The position numbers were made by a program, and so were the translations under genes. The notes under the pieces were generated by a model. That model did no database searches. It had not been told where the DNA came from and was given only the letters and a program-made list of their open reading frames with translations. 64,000 nucleotides of DNA. Source: a virus. Lineage: Duplodnaviria > Caudoviricetes. Location of the stretch: IMG/VR virus record IMGVR_UViG_2513237120_000001, positions 2,467 to 66,466 of that record; one strand, written 5' to 3'. This document shows, one piece after another, positions 1 through 8,453 of this stretch; position 1 is the first letter of the stretch, and every line of letters starts with the position of its first letter.

Positions 1-827
1 TGCGCCCACTTCCGGCCCCGGCACGTCGCCTCGCAGCCCTCGGCGGTGGTGCAGTTCGCCTCCGCGCATTTATGCGGATCGTCGCACCCGTGCTCGTAGG
101 TCTGGCGTTGCAGCTGCCGACGGATAGTAAGGATCCCGGTGTCCCAGTCGATGTCCGACCACCGCATACCGAGCACCTCGCCCTGGCGGGCGCCCATGAA
201 CGCCAGCCACCAGCGGGCATGGTTGCGTTCCTCGGCGACCGCTTCGGTGATGCGGGCGACCTCGTCGGCGTCGAGCGGGACGACCGACTCACTGCGGATC
301 GGTGGCAGAGCGTTCCTGGCCGCGGCGGCGGGGTTCGCCCGGATGCCGACCTCCTCGAAATCGATGGCTCGGTTAAGCGCGACGGAGGCGGTTCGGTGCA
401 CGAGATGCACCGATGCCGGGGCGAGCCCTTCAGTCTGGAGGTCGCGGTAGAGCGTCGCGAAGTGCCGCTTGTTGAGTTCGGACAGCCGCCACTCCCCCAA
501 CCTGGGGGCGAGGTAGTTGCGGATCTGCGACTGGTAGCAGCGCAGGGTGGTGTGCCGGACCTGAAGCGGCGCATAGGTGCCGATCCATTCATCGAGCCAC
601 GCCGAGAACTTCTTGGAGCGTCCGACCTTCGGTGCGCCGTTCTCGTCGATCTCGTCTTCGAGGGCGAGGACTTTGGGGGCGAGTTCTTCTTCGGTGGCGG
701 CTTCACGGTGGCGCCTGTCTGGGGAGCCGTCGGGTTTGCGGCCGGCGTCGACGAAGGCGTGCCAGCGTCCCTTGCGGTCTTCGAACATACGAGTGCGAGG
801 TATGCGGTCTGGGGGTTTTCGGGGCAT
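1..827 (-). CDS. int: Tyrosine integrase, N-terminal part (runs off the window)
   Basis: Manual translation MPRKTPDRIP...FSAWLDEWI...YQSQIRNYLAPRLGEWRLSEL (core-binding domain)...WWLAFMGARQGEVLGMRWSDID (catalytic Arg box I); absent from the ORF track because it has no stop in the window. Confidence 0.9.
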   Translation of the reverse strand, partial: MPRKPPDRIPRTRMFEDRKGRWHAFVDAGRKPDGSPDRRHREAATEEELAPKVLALEDEIDENGAPKVGRSKKFSAWLDEWIGTYAPLQVRHTTLRCYQSQIRNYLAPRLGEWRLSELNKRHFATLYRDLQTEGLAPASVHLVHRTASVALNRAIDFEEVGIRANPAAAARNALPPIRSESVVPLDADEVARITEAVAEERNHARWWLAFMGARQGEVLGMRWSDIDWDTGILTIRRQLQRQTYEHGCDDPHKCAEANCTTAEGCEATCRGRKWA

Positions 828-831
828 GTGG

Positions 832-1146
832 TTACTCCTCTTCGGGGTAGAGGGTGGTGATGTTGCCGTTAGGGCGCAGTCGGCTCTCGACGTCGTGGTA
901 GTCGCGTTCGGCGCGGCGTTGGGTGGCGAGATGGGACAGCTCGTCCTCGATGCGGCGGAGCCGGTCGAGGACTGCGAGGGTGCTGATAGCGATCACGGCG
1001 AGGGTGGCGCCGGCGAGCAGCCAGGTGCGGAACGCGGGGACGATGGTGCCGTCGTACACAGCGGCGACAGATTCGGCGGTGGCGAGGATGATGCCGAGGA
1101 CAACGCTGGTGGTAACAGCGATGAGACGGCAGGCGCGCATGACCAT
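832..1146 (-). CDS. Small two-TM membrane protein between repressor and integrase
   Basis: Two hydrophobic segments (LIAVTTSVVLGIILATA; WLLAGATLAVIAISTLAVL) followed by a charged coiled tail; start uncertain. Confidence 0.6.
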   Translation of the reverse strand: MVMRACRLIAVTTSVVLGIILATAESVAAVYDGTIVPAFRTWLLAGATLAVIAISTLAVLDRLRRIEDELSHLATQRRAERDYHDVESRLRPNGNITTLYPEEE

Positions 1147-1264
1147 GACGGTGGTTCCGTTTCGGGGTCGTGTGGCATAGCAGCACCTGTCGTACAGATA
1201 TGTAATCACAGTGCGTGCACGCACGGGCGCACTATGGGGTCATCCGTTCGTATGAATTTATGGC

Positions 1265-1750
1265 CTAGCTCGCTTTCCGCCTGCGGCGGACCGGCTTCAT
1301 CTTCTTGCCGGACTCTTCCACGATCCGCTCGACGGTGCCGCGCGTCGTGGCGACCAGGATGCTGATGTGCGCCCGGAGTCGTTGTAGTTCATCACGCACC
1401 TGCGACAGTTCGTGGTCCTCGATGTCGTGGTCGAGCTGCACGAGGTCTTCGTACACCGGATCGACATGGCGTTGTCCAAGGTCTTCGCGGACCACAAGGC
1501 CTGCCTTGAGGAACAGGTGGATCGGGTCCACGCCGAGGACCTTCGCGATGGCGCGGAGGCTCTCGATGCCGGGATCGGTGGCACCCGTCTTCCACTTGGA
1601 GATGACCGAGGCGTTGAAGCGGGGACTGCCGACCTCGCGAACACGTTCGGCGAGTTCGGTGTTGGACCAGATGCCGGCGCGGTCGCGGAGTTCTTCGAGG
1701 TAGCTGACGAAGGCTTCCCCGGTTGTTTGACCACCACTTTCATTACGCAC
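1265..1750 (-). CDS. XRE-family immunity repressor
   Basis: HTH SNTELAERV...FNASVISKWKTGATDPGIESLRAIAKVLGV; divergent from the cro-like gene; GTG 1750 preferred because TAGAGT lies 7 nt upstream (ORF track extends to 1882). Confidence 0.8.
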   Translation of the reverse strand: MRNESGGQTTGEAFVSYLEELRDRAGIWSNTELAERVREVGSPRFNASVISKWKTGATDPGIESLRAIAKVLGVDPIHLFLKAGLVVREDLGQRHVDPVYEDLVQLDHDIEDHELSQVRDELQRLRAHISILVATTRGTVERIVEESGKKMKPVRRRRKAS

Positions 1751-1965
1751 GTGTACGACTCTAGCGGACACGGGTGGGGCAGGGCTCCCGCCGCCGGGCC
1801 TGGTGCTCCTGTCGTGACCTGCGTCGGGACGGTTACGACTGTTCTTCCTGTGCGACGATTTGTGTCGTATATCTGATTGCATGCATGCAATGTTATCGAC
1901 TAATCATTCTTTAGTGATCATCCGAACGTCCGACTAGACCACCCGAAAGTATGACCCCTACGCGC

Positions 1966-1995
1966 TTGTATTCTTCCTTCAGGAAGAACTAGGAT
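1966..1995 (+). promoter_or_regulatory. Rightward lytic promoter with a palindromic operator; likely leaderless cro mRNA
   Basis: TTGTAT(1966)-18 nt-TAGGAT(1990-1995), ATG 6 nt later; palindrome TTCTTCCT-TC-AGGAAGAA (1971-1988) fills the spacer. Confidence 0.65.
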
Positions 1996-2001
1996 CATTA
2001 C

Positions 2002-2247
2002 ATGAATCCCGGAAGGAAGAACAGAGGTCGACTTCTTCTCGACGACAACATCTTTATCCGCATGACCAGCGAAAAAGGATGGGACACCGACGTCAAGCGC
2101 GCCGAGGCCATCGGCACCACCCCCACGACCATCTACCGCCTCCGCACGGGCCGCAGCTCACCCTCAGCGGATCTCGTGTTCGACCTTCCGCAACTGCTCG
2201 ACGTGGACCCCAAGGTCCTCTTCTACAGGCAAGGAGTGAGGGCATGA
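2002..2247 (+). CDS. Cro-like HTH protein
   Basis: DVKRAEAIGTTPTTIYRLRTGRSSPSADLV HTH; divergent from the repressor. Confidence 0.8.
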   Translation: MNPGRKNRGRLLLDDNIFIRMTSEKGWDTDVKRAEAIGTTPTTIYRLRTGRSSPSADLVFDLPQLLDVDPKVLFYRQGVRA

Positions 2248-2453
2248 ACGTCCGCTTCACCACCGCCGAGGTCGCCGAACGACTCCGCATCTCCACCGAC
2301 GAGGTCCGCAAGCTCTGCAACACCGACGAGCTGGGCCATCTCCGCATCGGCTGCAAGTACGTGATCCCCGAGGAAGACCTCCAGGCGTTCGAGGCTCGCT
2401 CATACCGCCCGGCGGTCGCCGGAGGCGAGCAGCCGCGATTGCGGGCCGTATGA
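2244..2453 (+). CDS. xis: Excisionase-like (HTH_17) protein
   Basis: MNVRFTTAEVAERLRISTDEVRKLCNTDELGHLRIGCKYVIPEEDLQAF; ATGA overlap with cro. Confidence 0.8.
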   Translation: MNVRFTTAEVAERLRISTDEVRKLCNTDELGHLRIGCKYVIPEEDLQAFEARSYRPAVAGGEQPRLRAV

Positions 2454-2707
2454 GCGCCGGTGGCGCGGGGACGCACCCGAAACCGACGCACCCGACACCG
2501 GGCCCGCGACCTCGATAACTCCACAGTCTCCCGGCCTCGTTTCTGAGGGGTGGCGCGGCCGGGACCGGGATCGAGCTACTCGCTCTCCCACTGGGGCTGG
2601 CCCTTCTGAGGGGTAGGGGCTGGCCCCACCTAAGACCACCGCCGGGAGGCGGCGGACCAACTGAATAGCTCTCGTCTCCGTCATCCACGGGGGCTGCACC
2701 AGGAGGC

Positions 2708-2770
2708 GGGAGCGGGGCGACGGAAAGCCACGGCTGGCCGTCACCGGGTTCAAGGCCCGGCGTCCCACGA
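2708..2770 (+). ncRNA. tRNA-like element with a degenerate anticodon arm
   Basis: T-arm CCGGG-TTCAAGG-CCCGG, D-like arm GGC-GACGGAAA-GCC, acceptor GGGAGCG/CGTCCC with a bulge, short ACGGC-TG-GCCGT arm. Confidence 0.45.
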
Positions 2771-2845
2771 CAGATGAGAAAAGCCCCGGCCGGGATCAGC
2801 GGCCGAGGCGGTTCTCCAGGACCAAAGTCTCGAAAGGAAGTCCTG

Positions 2846-3349
2846 ATGAACAGCGAACAGTCTACAGGCCGAGGGTGGCAGTCGCCTCCGCTCGTGACTC
2901 ACGCGACGTATCCGCCTGGGCAGCACCCAGCGTCGCCGGCTCCGGTGCCGCCGCCGTTCTGGGCGTCGACGTCGGTGATGCCGGTCGCCTCTGCGCCCGA
3001 GCCGAAGCCGCGCAAGCCGCGCCGGTCGGTGTGGGACTGGCTGGCGCCGGTCTTGGCGATGCCGGTCGCGGTCGTGATCGGTGGTTTCGGGGTGCACCTG
3101 TACTACACGGAGGCCGCCCCGCCCGCCGCGTGCGCCGAGGCGCTCGACCTGGCCGACCAGCTCAACACCGAATCCGAGCAGTACGGACTCCTCGTCCAGG
3201 ACATGTTCGACGCGGTCGCTGCGTTCGACCAGGCCGCGGCTGACGTAGTGGTCGCGGAGATGCAGGCGCTGTCGGAGGTCCACGACCAGACGTACGCCTC
3301 CTACGAGACCGCCGCCGCCGAGTGCCGCGCCGAGGGCGGTGCGCTGTGA
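2846..3349 (+). CDS. Pro-rich single-TM membrane protein
   Basis: RBS GAAAGGAAG before ATG 2846; TM WDWLAPVLAMPVAVVIGGFGVHLY; CxxA...helical C-terminus. Confidence 0.6.
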   Translation: MNSEQSTGRGWQSPPLVTHATYPPGQHPASPAPVPPPFWASTSVMPVASAPEPKPRKPRRSVWDWLAPVLAMPVAVVIGGFGVHLYYTEAAPPAACAEALDLADQLNTESEQYGLLVQDMFDAVAAFDQAAADVVVAEMQALSEVHDQTYASYETAAAECRAEGGAL

Positions 3350-3573
3350 GCCAGGTACAGGAGACCGAGCGCGAGGAGACCGTCCACGTCGTCTCGGCGC
3401 TCGGCACGCACTACAGCGCCGGTGTTGTCCAGTACTACCTGGAGGACGGCGCCTACGGCGACGGCAGGGCGGCGCAGGCGGTACGCGACCTGCTCGCGCA
3501 GTTCGGTGCCGAGGTGGGCGGGTCGCCGATGACGACCGCCCAGTGGCAGCACCGGACGGCGGTGGCCCGATGA
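3346..3573 (+). CDS. Hypothetical phage protein
   Basis: GTGA coupling at both ends. Confidence 0.55.
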   Translation: MSQVQETEREETVHVVSALGTHYSAGVVQYYLEDGAYGDGRAAQAVRDLLAQFGAEVGGSPMTTAQWQHRTAVAR

Positions 3574-3791
3574 CCGCCATCAAGCCGGGCCCGCGCGCCG
3601 AGGTCGACCGGGTCGACGCCCTGGACTGCGAGGCGGGTGCGATGCACGACGTCGGCGGCCGGCGGGTCTGCGAGGCGCACTACCTGGAGGTGCTGCACGC
3701 CTACTGGGAGGCCATACCGGATCTGATCCTCCACCACTACGACTCACCGCGCGGGACGTGCGGGGACATCGACGGGGGGTCGTGGTCATGA
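3570..3791 (+). CDS. Hypothetical Cys/His-containing protein
   Basis: ATGA coupling; LDCEAG...VCEAH. Confidence 0.5.
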   Translation: MTAIKPGPRAEVDRVDALDCEAGAMHDVGGRRVCEAHYLEVLHAYWEAIPDLILHHYDSPRGTCGDIDGGSWS

Positions 3792-4093
3792 GCGGCTATG
3801 TGCAGTCCGGTCAGGACTTGATGGATCTCGCTGAGTCGGTGGCGCGTCACGCGACGGCGTGGCAGGGCCGGGACACCAGCACCCGTGAGGGCGCGTCGGC
3901 GGCGTATGCGGAGTTGGCGCACGCGGTGGGTGCGATCGATCGGCTGGTGTCGTCCGCTGAGGCGCTGAAGGCGCCGCTGGCGGAGGCGCTGGTGGCCCAC
4001 CAGACCGACCAGGCCGATGCGCTCGGGGAGTTCTTCTCCGAGGTCGTTGGTGACCGCGAGTACGGCATCAACCCCGAAGGGGGGCAGTCATGA
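3788..4093 (+). CDS. Hypothetical helical protein
   Basis: ATGA coupling. Confidence 0.55.
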   Translation: MSGYVQSGQDLMDLAESVARHATAWQGRDTSTREGASAAYAELAHAVGAIDRLVSSAEALKAPLAEALVAHQTDQADALGEFFSEVVGDREYGINPEGGQS

Positions 4094-4272
4094 CCGGTCC
4101 GATGTTTGTCGCCGCTCTGGCGCTGGCCGCGGTGCTCGCTGTGGGGGTGTGCGTCCTGGTGACCGAGGTGGCGGCTCGGCGTCCGGTGGGCCGTCACCGT
4201 GCGGGCCGGGTGATCGAGGGGGAGCTGGTCGATGAGTCCACGCTCCCGATCCCGGTCGGGAGGTGGCGGTGA
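4090..4272 (+). CDS. Small single-TM protein
   Basis: FVAALALAAVLAVGVCVLV; coupled overlap. Confidence 0.55.
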   Translation: MTGPMFVAALALAAVLAVGVCVLVTEVAARRPVGRHRAGRVIEGELVDESTLPIPVGRWR

Positions 4273-4412
4273 TGGAGCAGTTCATGTCCCTGGTGTGGTC
4301 GCTGCCCGGCCTGGTCCTGTTCGCCTCGTTCGTCGCCGCTGTCGCGCTGGCCCTGTCGGGTCGCGGCACGGACGCGGACTGGACCGACTGGCCGAGGGAG
4401 GGACAGGAATGA
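4272..4412 (+). CDS. 46-aa single-TM protein (not in ORF track)
   Basis: MEQFMSLVWSLPGLVLFASFVAAVALALSGRGTDADWTDWPREGQE; TGATG and ATGA coupling. Confidence 0.55.
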   Translation: MEQFMSLVWSLPGLVLFASFVAAVALALSGRGTDADWTDWPREGQE

Positions 4413-4666
4413 CGGTCCTGCTTGCGCTCCTGATCCTCGCCGCTGTCGGTGTGTCGCGGCTGGCCCAGTGGGTCAAGCGCCGCCGCCGCGCGGACAAGGC
4501 GATCGATGCCTTCCTTCGTGACCGGTTCCAGACCGGCTACGAGATCTACGGCATGACCGTCCCCGAGCTGCTCGACCTGACCGATATCGAGATCGAGCTG
4601 GAGTCCGACCGGCGGATGCGTCGCCGTGTCCGCGCCCTGAACGACCAGCTCAACCAACAGACGTAA
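4409..4666 (+). CDS. N-terminally anchored small protein
   Basis: MTVLLALLILAAVGVS; RBS GGGACAGGA. Confidence 0.55.
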   Translation: MTVLLALLILAAVGVSRLAQWVKRRRRADKAIDAFLRDRFQTGYEIYGMTVPELLDLTDIEIELESDRRMRRRVRALNDQLNQQT

Positions 4667-4827
4667 CTCCGGCGGGGCCCTCTGGCGCGGGCCCCGCCAC
4701 CACCTGAGGAGACCTGATGCGCACACCGAAACGCACCCGCAGAGGCCGCCGCGGCGGACGACGACACACTCCCGCCCCGGCCCCGCAGCCCGTCGACGAA
4801 CCCACCACCCCCGAAAGGACTAATCCG

Positions 4828-5397
4828 ATGACTCTCTCCACCGACATGTACATCCAAGGCGAGGTCGACCTCGCTGAACTGCGCGACGTCGTCAAGGCCG
4901 CGCTGGCGAAGCACGACGACCAGGGTCGGACGCCCGATCAGCAGGTCTGGGAAACCGGCGGCGAGGTCTGGACGCACTCCGACCTCACCACGCCGGGACA
5001 GGGGCTCCCCGCCTGGACGTTCATCCACTACGGCGAGAACGGCGCCTGGCGCAACCCCGAACCCGAATACGAGGACCCCGAGTACGTCGACGAAGGCGAA
5101 GAGCCCCGCATCGTCACACCGCGGCACTTCGCCCGGATCGACTTCGATACCGCCTACGGCTACACCGGCCCGAACGGCGAGGGCTGCTCCGAGCTGCACA
5201 CCGCCTTGATGATCCAGGTCGGGGCCTGGATCGACGCGCAAGGCGTGCCGTGGCAGTGGCGCAACGAGTACACCGGCGAGATCCACAACGCCTACGAAGG
5301 TTTCGAGGAGTTCGCCGGGAACGGCTATGAGGCGACGGCCTGGTTCAAGCGGGTCATGCCCGCGATCGCGGCCGCTGCCGCCGAGGAGGCCAAGTAG
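4828..5397 (+). CDS. Conserved-looking actinophage hypothetical protein
   Basis: RBS GAAAGGAC; globular composition (RIDFDTAYGY...WQWRNEYTGE). Confidence 0.65.
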   Translation: MTLSTDMYIQGEVDLAELRDVVKAALAKHDDQGRTPDQQVWETGGEVWTHSDLTTPGQGLPAWTFIHYGENGAWRNPEPEYEDPEYVDEGEEPRIVTPRHFARIDFDTAYGYTGPNGEGCSELHTALMIQVGAWIDAQGVPWQWRNEYTGEIHNAYEGFEEFAGNGYEATAWFKRVMPAIAAAAAEEAK

Positions 5398-5399
5398 CC

Positions 5400-5837
5400 A
5401 TGACGATCGACTACGAGTACCTGTCCGACGCGCAGTTGGACGCGATCGCGGCCATGGACGTGAACCTCGCCGACGACAAGAGCATTGCCGAGGCCGAAGG
5501 CCGCCGCGACGCCGACCGGATCACCCAGCTCGAGATGGACCTGGAGTGGACGCAGCGGCAGCGGGAGCACGCCGAGCAGTGCGAAGCCTTCGCCGATGCG
5601 GCCCGCCGCGCCGCCGCCGAGCGCGCCGACGCCGCCGAGACCGCACTCCACAAAGCCGCCGGGGCGCTCGCTGACGGCTGGGCCGCGCTCAACCTCCACG
5701 GAGGCGACTTCGACATCTACCACCGGGACCGGCACGCCATCGCCGACCTCGTCTATGAGGAGCTGCTGGGCGGCGCCGACCCCGACGACCTCGACTATGC
5801 CGCGCTCATCGCGGGGTACCTGGAGGCCGGCCGGTGA
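5400..5837 (+). CDS. Coiled-coil hypothetical protein
   Basis: Ala/Glu-rich helical ORF in the operon. Confidence 0.6.
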   Translation: MTIDYEYLSDAQLDAIAAMDVNLADDKSIAEAEGRRDADRITQLEMDLEWTQRQREHAEQCEAFADAARRAAAERADAAETALHKAAGALADGWAALNLHGGDFDIYHRDRHAIADLVYEELLGGADPDDLDYAALIAGYLEAGR

Positions 5838-6700
5838 GCGGCGAGTTCACGGTGACGTCCCCGGGGGTGTACGACATCCCCGAGGACGTCTACCACGCCG
5901 ACCCGGTCCCGGACGGGTCGCTGTCCTCGACCGGGGCGCGCGCGATCCTCCCGCCCGGCACGCCCGCGAAGTTCCACTGGGAACAGGCCCACCGGACCCA
6001 CAAAACCGTGTGGGACATCGGGACCGCCGCGCACGCCCTCGTCCTCGGCACCGGCCCCGAGATCGTCATCATCGACGCCGACTCCTACCGCACCAAAGAC
6101 GCCAAAGAGAAGCGCGACTCCGCCTACGGCGACGGGAAAGTCCCGCTGCTCATAGACGAGTACGAGGACGTCCTGTCGATGGTGCAGACGATCAACCGCC
6201 ACCCCGTCGCCGGGCCGCTCCTCGCCGCGGGGACCGGTCTGCCCGAGCAGTCCCTGTTCTGGGTCGACGAAACCACCAGCGTGTGGTGCCGGGCCCGCCT
6301 CGACTGGATCAAACCCGCCCCCGATGGCGGCCGGCTCATCGTCGCCGACGTCAAGACGACGACCGCCGCCGACATCGCCTCGATCGAGAAAGCCATCGCG
6401 AACTTCGGCTACCACCAGCAACTCGCGTTCTACCTCGACGGCGTCCGCGCCCTCGGCCTCCACCCCGACCCCGCCGCCGTCCTCGTCTTCGTGGAGAAAG
6501 CCTCGCCGCACCTGGTGCACGTCGTCCAGCTCGACGGCTACACGCTCCGCCTCGGCGAGCTGAAGAACCGCCGCGCCCTGGAGACCTTCGCCGCCTGTGC
6601 CGAGTCCGGCACCTGGCCCGGCTACCCGACCGACATCACCACCGTCTCGCTCCCCGCCTGGGCCGAGCGCACCGAATCCGAGGAGTACCTGACCGCATGA
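5834..6700 (+). CDS. RecE/exonuclease VIII-like PD-(D/E)XK nuclease
   Basis: YHAD...LSSTG...GTAAHALVL...CRARLDW...VADVKTT...FGYHQQLAFY. Confidence 0.85.
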   Translation: MSGEFTVTSPGVYDIPEDVYHADPVPDGSLSSTGARAILPPGTPAKFHWEQAHRTHKTVWDIGTAAHALVLGTGPEIVIIDADSYRTKDAKEKRDSAYGDGKVPLLIDEYEDVLSMVQTINRHPVAGPLLAAGTGLPEQSLFWVDETTSVWCRARLDWIKPAPDGGRLIVADVKTTTAADIASIEKAIANFGYHQQLAFYLDGVRALGLHPDPAAVLVFVEKASPHLVHVVQLDGYTLRLGELKNRRALETFAACAESGTWPGYPTDITTVSLPAWAERTESEEYLTA

Positions 6701-7554
6701 ACACCACCGACATCGCCACCACCGACCTCCAGGCGCAGCTCGCACCGTCGCGGATCGGGCAGGCCACCGTCGTCGAACAGTCCCGCGCGATCGCCGAAGT
6801 CCAGGCCGCGATCGTCGTCGCCCAGCAGTGCCCGCGCAACATCACCGCCGCGATCGCCGAGATGCGCGAGGTATGCGGGCAGATGAGCCTGGCGAAGAAG
6901 GCGTTCTTCCGGTTCCCCCGCGCCGGCCAGACCGTCTCCGGCCTGTCCATCCACCTCGCCCGCGAACTCGCCCGCATCTGGGGCAACACCGCCTACGGCG
7001 TCAACGAGATGCGCCGCGACGACACCGCCGCCGAGTCCGAGATGCAGGCGTACGCCTGGGACGTCCAGCGCAACACCCGCGTCGCCTCGACGTTCATCGT
7101 CCCCCACAAGCGCGACACGAAGCAGGGCGTCAAAGTCCTCGGCGACCTGCGGGACATCTACGAGAACAACGCGAACAACGGCGCCCGCCGCCTGCGTGAG
7201 GCGATCTTCTCGGTCCTGCCGAACTGGTTCATCGAAGAGGCCGAGGAACTGTGCCAGGCCACCCTCTCGGGGAAGGGATCAGGCAAGCCGCTGAAGCAGC
7301 GCGCCGCCGACGCCGTCGGCGCGTTCGAGAAGTTCGGCGTCACCGTCGACCAGCTCGAGGACAAGCTGGGCCGCGAATCGGGGAAGTGGACCGAGAAAGA
7401 CCTGGGCGAGCTACTGGTCATCCACGGGTCGATCAAGAACGGCGAGGTGACCGTGGAGCAGGAGTTCCCGGCGAAGAAGGTCACCGCCGAGGAACTCACC
7501 GCCGCCGCTGGCGAGCCCACCGCGCCCCTGACAGAGCCGGAGCCAGCGTCATGA
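6697..7554 (+). CDS. Putative ssDNA-annealing recombinase partner (RecT/Sak-like by position)
   Basis: Coupled to the RecE-like gene; AFFRFPRAGQTVSGLSIHLARELARIWGN...ARRLREAIFSVLP. Confidence 0.6.
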   Translation: MNTTDIATTDLQAQLAPSRIGQATVVEQSRAIAEVQAAIVVAQQCPRNITAAIAEMREVCGQMSLAKKAFFRFPRAGQTVSGLSIHLARELARIWGNTAYGVNEMRRDDTAAESEMQAYAWDVQRNTRVASTFIVPHKRDTKQGVKVLGDLRDIYENNANNGARRLREAIFSVLPNWFIEEAEELCQATLSGKGSGKPLKQRAADAVGAFEKFGVTVDQLEDKLGRESGKWTEKDLGELLVIHGSIKNGEVTVEQEFPAKKVTAEELTAAAGEPTAPLTEPEPAS

Positions 7555-7856
7555 TCACGCTCTTGCACGGGCGCCACTCTGACGGGGATGCGGCGCCAAG
7601 TCCCCGTGACGCGATCGCCCGCGACTGGCCGATTGCGACCACGACTCTGTTCGGTGGGGAGATCGTCGACCTGGTCGCGGTCGGGCGCCGCCTCGAAGGC
7701 GAGACGCTCCCGCTGCACCGCGCCGAAACCAGGTTCGCGGTCGTCTACGGCACCCACCGGCTGGGCATGTCCGCGCACGACCTGGCCGGGTTGCTCGGTC
7801 TCCACCAGCGGGTCGTCACCCGCATCCGCAGCGAGGAGGCCAGCAATGCCGACTAG
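7551..7856 (+). CDS. Small putative DNA-binding protein
   Basis: C-terminal HTH-like GMSAHDLAGLLGLHQRVVTRIR. Confidence 0.5.
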   Translation: MITLLHGRHSDGDAAPSPRDAIARDWPIATTTLFGGEIVDLVAVGRRLEGETLPLHRAETRFAVVYGTHRLGMSAHDLAGLLGLHQRVVTRIRSEEASNAD

Positions 7857-8283
7857 CTTCGCCGTGGTCGAAGGGCTCTACATCGAGCTCGAGGGCGTCA
7901 CCGGGCTCGACTGGCAAGAGCGCGCCTCGTGCCGCGACTCGGATACCGAGTCGTACTTCATGGAGGGGCGGCTTCCCGGTCGCCTGATAAAGCGGTGCGC
8001 GGCCTGCCCGGTCGCCGAGAAGTGCCGGGAGTACGCGATCGACCGGTCGTGGATCCAGGGCATGTGGGGCGGGACGACCGGGAAGCAGCGCGACCAGATC
8101 CGCCGCCGCCGCAAAGCCGGCCTGCCCGACACCCCCGAGGAGGAGACGCCGCTGTGCCGCAAGGGCCACCCGCTCGACGAGGTCAACGCCCACCGCCGCA
8201 CTGATGGCGGCCTCCGGTGCCGACAGTGCACCCGGGACTACTGGCACGCCCAGCAGGCCAAGAAGCGGGAGGCCGCGGCATGA
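7846..8283 (+). CDS. whiB: WhiB-family transcription factor with an extra C-terminal Zn-finger-like domain
   Basis: WQERASC...CAACPVAEKC...GMWGG; extension CRKGH...RCRQC. Confidence 0.85.
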   Translation: MPTSFAVVEGLYIELEGVTGLDWQERASCRDSDTESYFMEGRLPGRLIKRCAACPVAEKCREYAIDRSWIQGMWGGTTGKQRDQIRRRRKAGLPDTPEEETPLCRKGHPLDEVNAHRRTDGGLRCRQCTRDYWHAQQAKKREAAA

Positions 8284-8453
8284 GCGTGATCGGTGACGCC
8301 CTGCTCGACGAGCTCGAACCGGAGTCGTTCGAGTCCCTGCTGGTGCGTGTGGCGGCGCTCCGGGATGAGCAGCGGCGGCTGTTGGAGGACCGGGAGTTCT
8401 ACCGCGGCGAGTCGTACCGCCACCGCCGGACAGCGAAGAAGGAGGCGGCATGA
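8280..8453 (+). CDS. Hypothetical protein
   Basis: ATGA coupling. Confidence 0.5.
   Translation: MSVIGDALLDELEPESFESLLVRVAALRDEQRRLLEDREFYRGESYRHRRTAKKEAA

Noticed and set aside
72-1365. Long plus-strand ORFs (72-860, 577-1365)
   Set aside because: Antisense shadows of the integrase and membrane gene; typical of high-GC DNA, no motifs
4717-4827. N-terminal extensions in the ORF track (e.g. 4717, 5485, 7588, 13160, 30457, 39754, 62688 ORF to 63620)
   Set aside because: Downstream starts with RBS or ATGA coupling fit better; the extensions overlap upstream genes or hairpins
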